NCBI GenBank assembly: GCA_036496285.1
Contig: DASXLI010000055.1
Location: 3,692 to 67,691, forward strand
Source of the DNA: Candidatus Binatia bacterium
Lineage (GTDB): Bacteria > Desulfobacterota > Binatia > UTPRO1
Length of the DNA: 64,000 bases
Reading direction: 5' to 3'
In this document: positions 48,849 to 58,314 of the stretch, piece after piece
How the letters are laid out: every line of letters starts with the position of its first letter
How positions within the stretch are numbered: the stretch's first letter is position 1
Notes under the pieces: model-generated
Database searches by the model: none
What the model saw: the letters and a program-made list of their open reading frames with translations, nothing else
Told to the model about the DNA's origin: nothing
Translations under genes and position numbers: made by a program

Positions 48849-49715
48849 ATGCCGACGCCACAGCAGATTCTCGTCCCGTTCGACTATTCGGCCGCTGCCG
48901 AAGCCGCACTGCGGTTCGCCGCCGACCTCGCGCATGCCTGTCAGGCGAAGCTCCTCGTGCATCACTTCGTCGAGCTCGAGGTGCGCATGCTCGACGACTA
49001 CCCTGTGATCAAGGGCGATCCGATCGCCGAGGAAGGCGAGCGCCTGCGCGCGCACGTCCAGCGTCTCCTCGCCGCGGCCGGACGGGGCCCCGCGCAGGAA
49101 GTGGAGATCAGCTGGGGCTCCCCGCTCCTCCGCATCGTGGAGACGGCCATCGAGCGCAAGGCGGATCTCATCGTCCTGGGAGCGCACGGACGGGCCGGAG
49201 TCCTCGTCGGCAGCCTTGCGGAGCGGACCGTGCGGCTCGCGCCATGTCCCGTGTTGACGGTGCGCGGACCCGTGAGCCCTGGGAACGAGACAGCGTCGCA
49301 CGTTGCGCCGCACGCCGGCGATGCCGGGACCGGGCCCGCCCGGGTCGCGCGCGTCATGACTCCGAGCCCCGTGACGATCGGTCCCGGCGACAGCCTCGCG
49401 GTCGCGCGCGATCGGATGCTCGACGCCGGGATCCGGCATCTGCCCGTGGTCGATGGCGGCCGGCTGGTCGGAATCGTGAGCGACGTCGACCTCCCCGCGC
49501 ACCGGGGTCGGTTTGCACACACCCGCGTCGACGCGGCGATGACCCCCGACCCGGTCGTCATCGGCCGCGGCGCGACGATCGCGGACGCCGCTCGTCTCAT
49601 GCTCGAGCGACGCGTACGGGCGCTGCCGGTGGTCGAGGGCACACAACTCGTCGGCGTGCTCTCCGTCGTGGACATCCTTGAGGACTACGTGCGCGCTTCG
49701 CGGGAAGACACGTAG
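48849..49715 (+). CDS. universal stress protein (UspA) domain fused to a CBS pair
   Basis: Usp fold (ILVPFDYSAAAEAAL...DLIVLGAHGRAG) followed by two CBS motifs (IRHLPVVDGGRLVGIVSDVD and RALPVVEGTQLVGVLSVVD). Start trimmed to MPTPQQ after the RBS GGAAGGAG. Confidence 0.75.
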   Translation: MPTPQQILVPFDYSAAAEAALRFAADLAHACQAKLLVHHFVELEVRMLDDYPVIKGDPIAEEGERLRAHVQRLLAAAGRGPAQEVEISWGSPLLRIVETAIERKADLIVLGAHGRAGVLVGSLAERTVRLAPCPVLTVRGPVSPGNETASHVAPHAGDAGTGPARVARVMTPSPVTIGPGDSLAVARDRMLDAGIRHLPVVDGGRLVGIVSDVDLPAHRGRFAHTRVDAAMTPDPVVIGRGATIADAARLMLERRVRALPVVEGTQLVGVLSVVDILEDYVRASREDT

Positions 49716-49748
49716 CGTCCCGTTCCGTCGCCGGCGCGGCGCCGATGT

Positions 49749-50474
49749 TCAGGGCGTCGCGTACGTGCGCCGCAGATAGACGATGATGTCCGCCGACTCG
49801 AACATCGCGACGTCGCGGTTGGGGTCGATGAGGTACGGCACCATCATCTTGCCCGAGCGAGCGGTGAACGCCTGGCGGCGGGAGCTCCCGCGCGCGACGT
49901 TGCGCAGATGGTACGGCAATGCGAGCTCGCAGAGCACCTCGCGTACCAGCCGACAGAATGGCGAGCCCTCGTAGCTGTAGAGCTCGAGCGGACGCTCGGG
50001 AGCACGGGCGGCCCGGTATCTTTCGCCGTGGCCGACGCGCATGGCCGATGCGGCGAGCGAGCCGACGAGCGTGAATGGCCCCGCGGACAGCATGAGCGGT
50101 ACGCCGGCACGGCCGTAGCGCTCGAACAGATAGCGGTTGATGTCGTCCGACTCGTACATCTCGACGCCGGTGTTCGGATCGACCAGGTAGGGGAACTGCT
50201 CCTTGCCGCCTCGCCGACGGACGACGTCGCGAAAGCGCGGGCTGCCCTTCGGGCACGGATAGATCATCGCCTCGAGGTCGAGAACGGTGAGTGCCTCGCG
50301 CACTTTGCGGCAATATGGACACGCCTCGAACTCGTAGAGCTCGAGCAGCTTCTCCGGCTGTCTTCCGACCGGAGCGACGCGCTCGCCGTAACCGAGACGT
50401 GCCACGGTGGCGAGGAGGGATGTCGTGACGTCGACCGCGCGCATGTGCCCCCGAATCACGTGCGGGCGCGACAA
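49749..50474 (-). CDS. tandem glutaredoxin-like / GST-N-terminal-domain protein (two thioredoxin-fold modules)
   Basis: Two repeats of LELYxxExxPxCRxVRExL...VPxLxDPN...ESxDI (ACPYC and GSPFC). Confidence 0.7.
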   Translation of the reverse strand: MSRPHVIRGHMRAVDVTTSLLATVARLGYGERVAPVGRQPEKLLELYEFEACPYCRKVREALTVLDLEAMIYPCPKGSPRFRDVVRRRGGKEQFPYLVDPNTGVEMYESDDINRYLFERYGRAGVPLMLSAGPFTLVGSLAASAMRVGHGERYRAARAPERPLELYSYEGSPFCRLVREVLCELALPYHLRNVARGSSRRQAFTARSGKMMVPYLIDPNRDVAMFESADIIVYLRRTYATP

Positions 50475-50640
50475 TCAACAACGGCTCGGGGCCCTCCGCA
50501 GGCGCACGCCAGCGGAACGGGGAGCGCCACCCCGGAGCGCGCTGCACCACGAGACCGTCGCACATGAGCGGAGCGAGGCGGCGTTGTCCCGGCACGAGAA
50601 CCTGCTCCAGCTCCGGAGCGGAATACGCTCGGCGAGACGG

Positions 50641-50736
50641 GTGTCCATCCTGCGTCGCTGGTCGCTGGAGGGACGTCGACCCGGCTTCGACGCTGGCATG
50701 AACGATTACATCGCCAAACCCGGGGCGGCCGGCTGA
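50641..50736 (+). pseudogene. possible remnant of a response-regulator receiver domain (C-terminal ...FDAGMNDYIAKP motif only)
   Basis: An isolated AGMNDYIAKP-type receiver alpha4-beta5 signature with no upstream receiver sequence. Very short. Confidence 0.2.
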
Positions 50737-50878
50737 TCGATCGTCGAGGCCGGCCAAGCGAAATCGCTCCGCGGCAGTTTGAAGAAACGGCTACGCACGC
50801 GGGCTCACCCGCACGCGACTCCGACCACCTGGCGCAGGGATGCGTTGGCACGGACGTTGCGACGCTGGAGCGTGTATG

Positions 50879-51572
50879 GCCCCGTCGTCATTCCTCATCA
50901 AGATCGAGCAACGCGTGCTCGACGACCTGCGCGAACGCCTCGATCGCACGCGTTGGGTCGGCGATCTCGGCGACTCCGGCTGGAAGTACGGCGCGAGCGT
51001 TCCGTACATGAAGGAGCTGGTCGCCGGACGATCCGTCGCGCGCCGAGCGGAAGTATCTGGACTCGATCGCGGAGTATCAGCAACGGGAGGGCGCGTATGC
51101 GTTCGTGCAGGGATCGCAGCCGCAGGTCGCCGCGGTCGGGCTCAATGATTCGCCTGCGGGGCTCGCGACGTGGATCGTCGAGAAGTTTCGCCGCTGGAGC
51201 GATTGCGACGGCGACGTCGAACGCCGGTTCACCAAGGACGAGCTGCTGACGAACGTGATGCTCTACTGGGCGACGGAGACGATCAATTCGGCGTTCCTCC
51301 TGTACTACGACGTCACGCAAGCCGGCGCGCTCACGTGGATCGGACAGAAGATCAAGGAATGGGTGGGAACTACGACCGTGCCGGCGGCGTTCGCGATGTT
51401 CCCGAAGGACCTCTCGTTCCCGCCGCGCGAGTGGGCCGAGCGGTTCTTCAACGTCCAGCGTTGGACGGAGATGGAGCGTGGGGGGCATTTCGCGGCGCTC
51501 GAGGAGCCGGAGTCACTCGTGCGGGACATTCGCGAGTTCTTTCGTCCGTTGCGGAGCGCGGCCGCGCGGTGA
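50879..51572 (+). pseudogene. epoxide hydrolase remnant (N-terminal EHN domain and C-terminal cap joined with loss of the catalytic core, frame change at about 51050-51105)
   Basis: N-terminal SFLIKIEQRVLDDLRERLDRTRW (EHN) in one frame. C-terminal NDSPAGLATWIVEKF...MFPKD...WTEMERGGHFAALEEPE in another. The roughly 150-aa alpha/beta-hydrolase core with the HGxP motif and nucleophile is missing. Confidence 0.6.
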
Positions 51573-51690
51573 CGCGCGTGCTGCCTCCGCTCGGCGATCT
51601 TGCATGGGTTTGTCCTTGCCTTGCGCCGCCCTCTCCGTGCTAGACACGACGAGCCGTCTCACCCGATCGCGGTCATCCAGGAGAGCCCCC

Positions 51691-53694
51691 ATGCGTCTGT
51701 CGTCTGCGCCGCTCACGGCGCTTCTCGTTTTTCTCGCCGTCCCGGCCGTACACGCGAGCCAGCCGCAGGTCGTGTCTACCAGCCCCGCGCGCCTGGCATT
51801 CGCGCCCGCGACGACGACGATCAGCGTTACCTTCGACCAGGCGCTGCTGCCGGCGTCGGTGACGAGCGCGAGCCTGCGCGTCTTCGGGCGCTCGAGCGGC
51901 ACGGTGAGCGGCGCGATCGCCCTCTCCAACGGCGACAAGACCGTCACGGTCACGCCGTCGCATCCGTTCTCGGCGGGCGAGATCGTGCTGGTGAACCTGT
52001 CGCACGACATCAAGGCGGCGGACGCGACGCCCCTCCGGTCGGCCGGCTACGCGTACCAGTTCTGGATCTCGACCAAGCCGGCGACGCGCAGCTTCGCCGA
52101 GATCCAGAAGTTCTCCAACCGGAACGGTCCGGACAACACGCGCATCTACGGCGCGCTCGCGACCGACTTCAACGGCGACGGCTTCATCGATCTCGGCACC
52201 GTGAACGAGGACAGCGCCGACGTGCGGGTCTTCCTCAACACCGCCGACGGCTCCGGCAAGTACGACGTGCCTTTCGTCCCCCCGCCGGTACCGGTGGGCG
52301 TGGAGTCGAGCCCGAACGAGCCCGCCGATGTCGACAACGACGGCAAGACCGACGCCGTCATCTCCTCGACCGACGCGCCCGGCATCTTCGTGCTGCACGG
52401 CCACGGTGACGGCACGTTCGACGGCACGCAGATGATCACGACCGGCGCCGAGGCGCACGGTGTCGCGGTGCTCGACGTCGACGGCGACGGCGACCTCGAC
52501 ATCGCCGAGGCGCTCCAGGGCGCGAGCAGCGACGAGATGGCGCTGCTCATCAACGACGGAACGGGCCACTACGGCACGCCGACCTTCTTCGACAGCAGCT
52601 GCAGCGGCGAGTGGGGCCTTGGCTCCGGCGACATGAACAACGACGGCATCACCGACCTCGTCGTCGGCTGCGTCAACGACCAGAAGGTCTCGGTGATGCT
52701 GGGCAACGGCGACGGCACCTTCACCGTGCTGCCGGCGCAGAACGCGGGCGGCCAGCCGTGGCAGGTCGCGATCGGCGACCTCGACGGCGACGGCAATCTC
52801 GACGCCGCGCTGGCGCTCGCCAACAGCACTGACGGCGGCGGCATCCTGCTCGGGAACGGCGACGGCACGTTCAAGCCCGTCGTGACCTATGCGATGCCGG
52901 GCCATACGCCGTCGAGCAAGCTCGGCGACCTCGACGGCGACGGTGATCTCGACTGGGTGCTGTCGAGCTTCGGCGCCGGTCTCTGGCGCATCTACGTGAA
53001 CGACGGTAGCGGCGCGTTCACCAAGGACCAGGACATTCCCGCGGACTCGAATCCATCGTGCTCCGTCCTGCTCGACATCGACAACGACGGCGACCTCGAC
53101 ATGGCGTTGAGCGACGAGATCGCCGACACCGTGAAGATCATGCAGAGCGAGAACCCGCCGAGCCTGCTCTGTCCGCCGGCGCCGGCGACGTGCCGCGCGC
53201 CGTTCGTCCCGGGCAAGGCGTCGATTCTCATGAAGGACAAGACGCCCGACAAGGGCGACCAGATCGTCTGGAAGTGGATCAAGGGGCCGACGACGCCGCT
53301 CGGCGACTTCGCCGACCCCGTCACGACGGACGACTACGCGCTCTGCATCTACGACGCCGGCGCGCTGGTCACGAGCGCCGCCGCCGACCACGGCGGCCTC
53401 TGCCGCGGCAAGCCCTGCTGGACGACGAAGCCGACGGCCATCCAGTACAAGAACCGCGACGCGTCCCCGAGCGGCACGCAGAGCATCAAGCTCAAGCCGG
53501 GCGCCCTCGACGGCAAGGCATCGATCACCTTCAAGGCGAAGGGCGACAAGGTCGTCCTGCCCGACCTCGGCGCGTTGACCGGCCCGGTCGTCGTGCAGCT
53601 CCAGCGCAGCGGCGGCGCCCCGTGCTTCGGGGCGACCTACAGCGCGCCCTTCCTCAAGCAGGACGCGGCGAACTTCAAAGACAAGGCCGACTGA
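51691..53694 (+). CDS. secreted FG-GAP/VCBS-repeat beta-propeller protein with N-terminal Ig-like domain and conserved C-terminal module
   Basis: Signal peptide MRLSSAPLTALLVFLAVPAVHA. Seven DxDGDGxxD repeats (FNGDGFIDL ... LDIDNDGDLDM). C-terminal roughly 170-aa module shared with the BNR protein at 39283..42051. Confidence 0.8.
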   Translation: MRLSSAPLTALLVFLAVPAVHASQPQVVSTSPARLAFAPATTTISVTFDQALLPASVTSASLRVFGRSSGTVSGAIALSNGDKTVTVTPSHPFSAGEIVLVNLSHDIKAADATPLRSAGYAYQFWISTKPATRSFAEIQKFSNRNGPDNTRIYGALATDFNGDGFIDLGTVNEDSADVRVFLNTADGSGKYDVPFVPPPVPVGVESSPNEPADVDNDGKTDAVISSTDAPGIFVLHGHGDGTFDGTQMITTGAEAHGVAVLDVDGDGDLDIAEALQGASSDEMALLINDGTGHYGTPTFFDSSCSGEWGLGSGDMNNDGITDLVVGCVNDQKVSVMLGNGDGTFTVLPAQNAGGQPWQVAIGDLDGDGNLDAALALANSTDGGGILLGNGDGTFKPVVTYAMPGHTPSSKLGDLDGDGDLDWVLSSFGAGLWRIYVNDGSGAFTKDQDIPADSNPSCSVLLDIDNDGDLDMALSDEIADTVKIMQSENPPSLLCPPAPATCRAPFVPGKASILMKDKTPDKGDQIVWKWIKGPTTPLGDFADPVTTDDYALCIYDAGALVTSAAADHGGLCRGKPCWTTKPTAIQYKNRDASPSGTQSIKLKPGALDGKASITFKAKGDKVVLPDLGALTGPVVVQLQRSGGAPCFGATYSAPFLKQDAANFKDKAD

Positions 53695-53987
53695 CGCAGT
53701 CGCGAGCGTAGAGACAGAGGAAGGGCGGCGCGGGCGCGGGGGCGGGGATGCGTCGTCTGCATCCGACGGGCGCGATCGGTTCAGTGCGCCCCAACGGATG
53801 CAGACGCCGGCCACCGCACGCCGGCGCCTTCCATTTCATTCCCTCGCCGGTCCGGCCCATCACCTCTCCGTTCGGCTACCTCTTCGCTCCGGCCGGTGCG
53901 TGCATCATGGGCGGGCTTCCTGTAGAAGCCTGGCTTTCGTACTCTCGTTGAAGGCTCCGTACCCCGTACCCAAAGGAGATCATTTCC

Positions 53988-55169
53988 ATGCGTGAAGCCG
54001 TCATCGTTGCGAGCGCCCGCACCCCGCTCGGCAAGTCATTCCGCGGCAGTCTGAACGCCACCCGGCCGGACGACATGGCCGCGACCGCGATCAAGGGCGC
54101 GCTCGCCAAGGTGCCGCAGCTGTCGGTCAAGGAGATCGAGGACGTGATCTGCGGGTGCGGCCTTCCGGAGGGACCCTCGGGGATGAATGTCGCGCGCGTG
54201 GCGACGCTCGCGGCCGGGCTGCCCGAGACGATCGCGGCGACGACGGTGAACCGCTTCTGCTCGTCGGGCCTGCAGGCGATCGGCATGGCGGCGCATCAGA
54301 TCATCAACGAGGGCGCGAACGCCGCGATCGGCGCCGGCACCGAGTCGATCTCGATGGTGCAGGGCCAGCAGAACATGAACAACCTCGTGAACTCGCGGGT
54401 GCAGGAGCTCTGGCCGGGCCTCTACATGGGCATGGGGCAGACCGCGGAGATCGTCGCCGAGCGCTACAAGATCTCGCGCGAGGACCAGGACAAGTACTCG
54501 CTCCTGAGCCAGCAGCGCACCGGCGCGGCGCAGCGCGACGGCAGGTTCTCCGAGATCATCCCGATGAAGGTGAAGAAGGCGGTGAAGGACGAGTCCGGCA
54601 ACCTCAAGTTCGAGGATGCCGAGATCACCAAGGACGAGTGCAACCGCCCCGATACGACGCTCGAGGGCCTGCAGAAGCTGAAGCCCTCGTTCAAGGAGGA
54701 CGGCACGGTCACGGCCGGCAACGCCTCGCAGCTCTCCGACGGCGCGTCAGCGACGATCCTGATGTCGCGCGAGCGCGCCAAAGAGCTCGGCATCGAGCCG
54801 CTCGGCATCTTCCGCGGCGTTGCGGTCGCCGGCTGCCGACCGGAGGAGATGGGGATCGGTCCGGTGTTCGCGGTGCCGAAGCTCCTCAAGCGCCACGGCC
54901 TCACCATGAAGGACATCGACATCGTCGAGCTGAACGAGGCCTTCGCCTCGCAGCTCCTCTACTGCCAGCGCCAGCTCGAGATCCCCGACGAGAAGCTGAA
55001 CCCGCTCGGCGGCTCGATCTCGATCGGCCACCCGTACGGCATGACGGGCTCACGCATGGTGGGTCAGCTCCTCGGCGAGCTGCGCCGGCGGAAGCAGAAG
55101 TACGGCCTGGTCACGATGTGCGTCGGCGGCGGCATGGGAATGGCGGGCCTGTTCGAGGCCTGCTGGTAG
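53988..55169 (+). CDS. acetyl-CoA acetyltransferase (thiolase)
   Basis: Thiolase motifs VNRFCSSGLQA, NEAFASQ and GHPYGMTGSRM. Good RBS AAAGGAGA. Confidence 0.9.
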   Translation: MREAVIVASARTPLGKSFRGSLNATRPDDMAATAIKGALAKVPQLSVKEIEDVICGCGLPEGPSGMNVARVATLAAGLPETIAATTVNRFCSSGLQAIGMAAHQIINEGANAAIGAGTESISMVQGQQNMNNLVNSRVQELWPGLYMGMGQTAEIVAERYKISREDQDKYSLLSQQRTGAAQRDGRFSEIIPMKVKKAVKDESGNLKFEDAEITKDECNRPDTTLEGLQKLKPSFKEDGTVTAGNASQLSDGASATILMSRERAKELGIEPLGIFRGVAVAGCRPEEMGIGPVFAVPKLLKRHGLTMKDIDIVELNEAFASQLLYCQRQLEIPDEKLNPLGGSISIGHPYGMTGSRMVGQLLGELRRRKQKYGLVTMCVGGGMGMAGLFEACW

Positions 55170-55231
55170 GATCGTGAGCGACGGCGGGCCGGGCGCGACG
55201 GCGCCGCCCGCCGGCCGCCCCCGCTTGGCGC

Positions 55232-55960
55232 GTGACGCCGCGCCCTCCGCCAATGGCCGAGCCGCTGATCACGCTCCGTGACGTGTCGCGCTCGTACGAG
55301 CGCGGCCACGACGTCGTCCACGCGCTCGCCGACGTCTCGCTGACCATCGCGAGCGGCGGGTTCGTCGCGCTCATGGGCCCGTCGGGCTCCGGCAAGTCGA
55401 CGTTGCTGAACCTGCTCTCGGGCATCGACCGGCCGAGCGCCGGCGAGGTCTGGGTCGCGGGCCAGCGGCTGAACGACCTCTCGGAGGACGCGCTCGCGAC
55501 GTGGCGGGCGCGCCACGTCGGGTTGATCTTCCAGTTCTACAACCTGATACCGGTCCTCTCGGCGCTGGAGAACGTCGAGCTGCCCCTGCTGCTGACGCCG
55601 TTCAACCGCGCCGAGCGTCTGCGCCGGGCGGAGACGGCGCTGCGCGTGGTCGGGCTCGCCGCGCGCGCCCGCCACTTGCCGAGCGAGCTCTCCGGCGGCG
55701 AGCAGCAGCGCGTCGCGATCGCGCGCGCGATCGTCGCCGACCCCGACGTGATCATCGCCGACGAGCCGACCGGCGACCTCGACGCGCGCAGCGCCGACGA
55801 CGTGCTGGGCATGCTGCGCGACCTGAGCCGCGAGTTCCACAAGACCGTGGTGATGGTGACGCACGACCCGCGCGCCGCGCACTGGGTCGACGTCGTGTAC
55901 CATCTCGAGAAGGGCCTGCTGCTCGGCGTGGAGCCGGGGGACGCGGAGCGGCGCGCGTGA
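55232..55960 (+). CDS. ABC transporter ATP-binding protein (MacB/LolD-type)
   Basis: Walker A GPSGSGKST, signature LSGGEQQRVAIARA and Walker B IIADEPT. Alternative start at 55253. Confidence 0.85.
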   Translation: MTPRPPPMAEPLITLRDVSRSYERGHDVVHALADVSLTIASGGFVALMGPSGSGKSTLLNLLSGIDRPSAGEVWVAGQRLNDLSEDALATWRARHVGLIFQFYNLIPVLSALENVELPLLLTPFNRAERLRRAETALRVVGLAARARHLPSELSGGEQQRVAIARAIVADPDVIIADEPTGDLDARSADDVLGMLRDLSREFHKTVVMVTHDPRAAHWVDVVYHLEKGLLLGVEPGDAERRA

Positions 55961-57123
55961 GGTTCCTGCCGCTCATCCTGCGGAACCTCGGACGCAACAA
56001 GCTGCGCACCGGGCTCACCGGCGTGGCGATCGGGCTCGCGGTACTGCTCGTGTGCTTCTTCCTCACGATGCCCGCCGGAATCGACGTCTTCCTGTCGCAG
56101 ATCGCGAGCAACGTCCGCATCTCGGTCCACCACAAGGGCGGCCTCGTCTACCAGATGCCGTTCGCCTACGTGAACAAGATCCGCGCCGTGCCGGGCGTCG
56201 TCGCGGCGGACGGCGTGGTGTGGTTCGGCGGCGCCTTCGAGGAGGCGGGGCACGTGACGTTCCCGAGCTTCGCGGTCGAGCCCGAGCACGTCGGCGCCGT
56301 CTGGCCAGACTACCACATCGATCCCGCGGCGCTCGAGCGCTTCCGGCGCTTCCGCGACGGCGCCATCGTCGGCCGTCAGACGATGGAAAAGTACGGCTGG
56401 AAGGTCGGGCAGCAGGTGAGCCTGCGCAGCACGATCTGGCCCGTCACCCTCACGTTCCGCATCGTCGGCGAGATCCCGAACGCGCGCTCCCCGCTCTTCT
56501 GGTTCCAGCGCGAGTACCTGGCGCAGGCGATCCACGAGCACGGCTGGACGCTCAGCATCGTCGGCATCGTCTGGGTGCGCATCGCCGATCCGGCGCTGGT
56601 CGACGGTGTCATGACAAAGCTCGACGCGATGTTCCGCAACAGTCCGGCCGAGACCGCGGCGGAGACCGAGAAGTCGTTCTTCGCGAGCTACTTCGGCTCG
56701 CTGCAGGGGTTCGTCGCGATCATCCTCGTCGTGACCGGCCTCGTCGCGCTCTGCGTGCTCTGCATCGCCGCCAACACGGCGAGCATGGCGGTGCGCGAGC
56801 GCGCGCGCGAGATCGCCGTGCTGCGCGCCATCGGCTTCGGCCGCGGCCTCGTCTTCGGCACCCTGGTCGCCGAGTCGACGGTGCTCGCGACGGTCGCGGG
56901 TGGCACGGGCGCGCTGCTCACTTACGCCTTCACGGCCGGGGTGAAGCTCGCGGCGGGCGGCTGGAGCACCCAGCTCGGACCGCTCTCCGGCTTCCTCGTG
57001 AGCCCGGCGATCGTGGGGCAGGGCATCCTGCTCGCCGTCGTCGTCGGGCTGGTGGCAGGGATCGCGCCGGCCTACGGCGCTGCGCACCGGCCGGTCGCCA
57101 GCGTGCTGCGGGAGGTCTTTTGA
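55957..57123 (+). CDS. ABC transporter permease, FtsX-like (first of two)
   Basis: GTG start overlapping the ATPase stop (GTGA). N-terminal TM helix, large periplasmic domain, then a C-terminal 3-TM FtsX domain. Confidence 0.8.
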   Translation: MRFLPLILRNLGRNKLRTGLTGVAIGLAVLLVCFFLTMPAGIDVFLSQIASNVRISVHHKGGLVYQMPFAYVNKIRAVPGVVAADGVVWFGGAFEEAGHVTFPSFAVEPEHVGAVWPDYHIDPAALERFRRFRDGAIVGRQTMEKYGWKVGQQVSLRSTIWPVTLTFRIVGEIPNARSPLFWFQREYLAQAIHEHGWTLSIVGIVWVRIADPALVDGVMTKLDAMFRNSPAETAAETEKSFFASYFGSLQGFVAIILVVTGLVALCVLCIAANTASMAVRERAREIAVLRAIGFGRGLVFGTLVAESTVLATVAGGTGALLTYAFTAGVKLAAGGWSTQLGPLSGFLVSPAIVGQGILLAVVVGLVAGIAPAYGAAHRPVASVLREVF

Positions 57124-58298
57124 GCGGCCTGCCGCTCTCCTACCCCGTGCGCAACGTGCGCGCCCGCCTGCGGCGCACCGCGCTCACGATCGGTGTCATC
57201 GCGCTCGCGGTGATCGCCACCTCGGTGTTCCTCGCGCTCATCACGAGCCTCAAGCGGACGCTCGTCGCCAGCGGCTCGCCCGACAACCTGATCGTGCTCC
57301 GCAAGGGCTCCGACAACGACGGCTCGAGCATGCTGTCCTACGAGGCGTATCAGGTGCTGCGCTACCTCGACGGCATCGCCACGTTGCCCGACGGCACGCC
57401 GCTCGTCTCGGCGGAGAAGGTGATGCAGCCGTTCGCGCGCACGCGTGCGGGCGGCCGCGAGAACATCCTGCTGCGCGGCGTCGATCCGATCGCCCTCGCC
57501 GTGCACGACGAGGTGCACGTCGTCGAGGGCCGGATGTTCCGGCCGAGCGCGGGCGAGATCGTGGTCGGACGTGGGGTCGCCGGGCGCTACGCCGACGCCG
57601 ACGTCGGCGCCGACATGTTCATCGGCAAGCGTACATGGCGCGTCGTCGGCATCTTCGAGTCCGGCGGCACGTCGTTCGAGAGCGAGATCTGGGGCGACCT
57701 GCGCGACATCGCGCGTGACGCGAACACGTTTCCGTACTCAGGTGTCCGGATGAAGCTCGCGCCCGGCACGGACCGCCAGGCGCTCATCGAGCGCATCGAC
57801 CGCGACCCCCGCTACGCGCTGCAGGCGACCCCCGAGGTCGACTACTACGCGGAGCAGGCAAAGAGCGCGGGCACCCTCTACCTGCTGCTGGTGATCCTCG
57901 CCATTCCGGTCGGGGTGGCGGCCGGGTTCGGCGCCGCCAATACGATGTTCGCCGCGGTGCAGAGCCGGACCGTCGAGATCGGCACCCTGCGCGCCCTCGG
58001 CTTCTCGCGCGGCACCATCCTGCGCTCGTTCGTGCTCGAGTCCGTGGTGATCTCGCTGATCGGGTTCGTGGTCGGCGCCGCGGGGACCTTGCTCGTCGCG
58101 TTCCTCTTGCGTATTGCGCTCGGCGGCATCGCGTTCGGCGCGCAGACCTTCACGATCAACGTCGTGACGCTGCGCGTGAGCCTCCGGGATCTCGAGGCCG
58201 CGCTCGTCTTCGCGACGGCGATCGGTCTGGTCGGCGGCCTCTTGCCGGCATGGCGGGCGGCGCATCTCCGTCCGGTCGAGGCATTGCGCAAGGCATGA
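57120..58298 (+). CDS. ABC transporter permease, FtsX-like (second of two)
   Basis: TTG start overlapping the previous stop (TTGA). Same MacB-type topology as the first permease, but divergent sequence. Confidence 0.75.
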   Translation: MSGLPLSYPVRNVRARLRRTALTIGVIALAVIATSVFLALITSLKRTLVASGSPDNLIVLRKGSDNDGSSMLSYEAYQVLRYLDGIATLPDGTPLVSAEKVMQPFARTRAGGRENILLRGVDPIALAVHDEVHVVEGRMFRPSAGEIVVGRGVAGRYADADVGADMFIGKRTWRVVGIFESGGTSFESEIWGDLRDIARDANTFPYSGVRMKLAPGTDRQALIERIDRDPRYALQATPEVDYYAEQAKSAGTLYLLLVILAIPVGVAAGFGAANTMFAAVQSRTVEIGTLRALGFSRGTILRSFVLESVVISLIGFVVGAAGTLLVAFLLRIALGGIAFGAQTFTINVVTLRVSLRDLEAALVFATAIGLVGGLLPAWRAAHLRPVEALRKA

Positions 58299-58314
58299 CC
58301 CTCCGGCTACAGGC

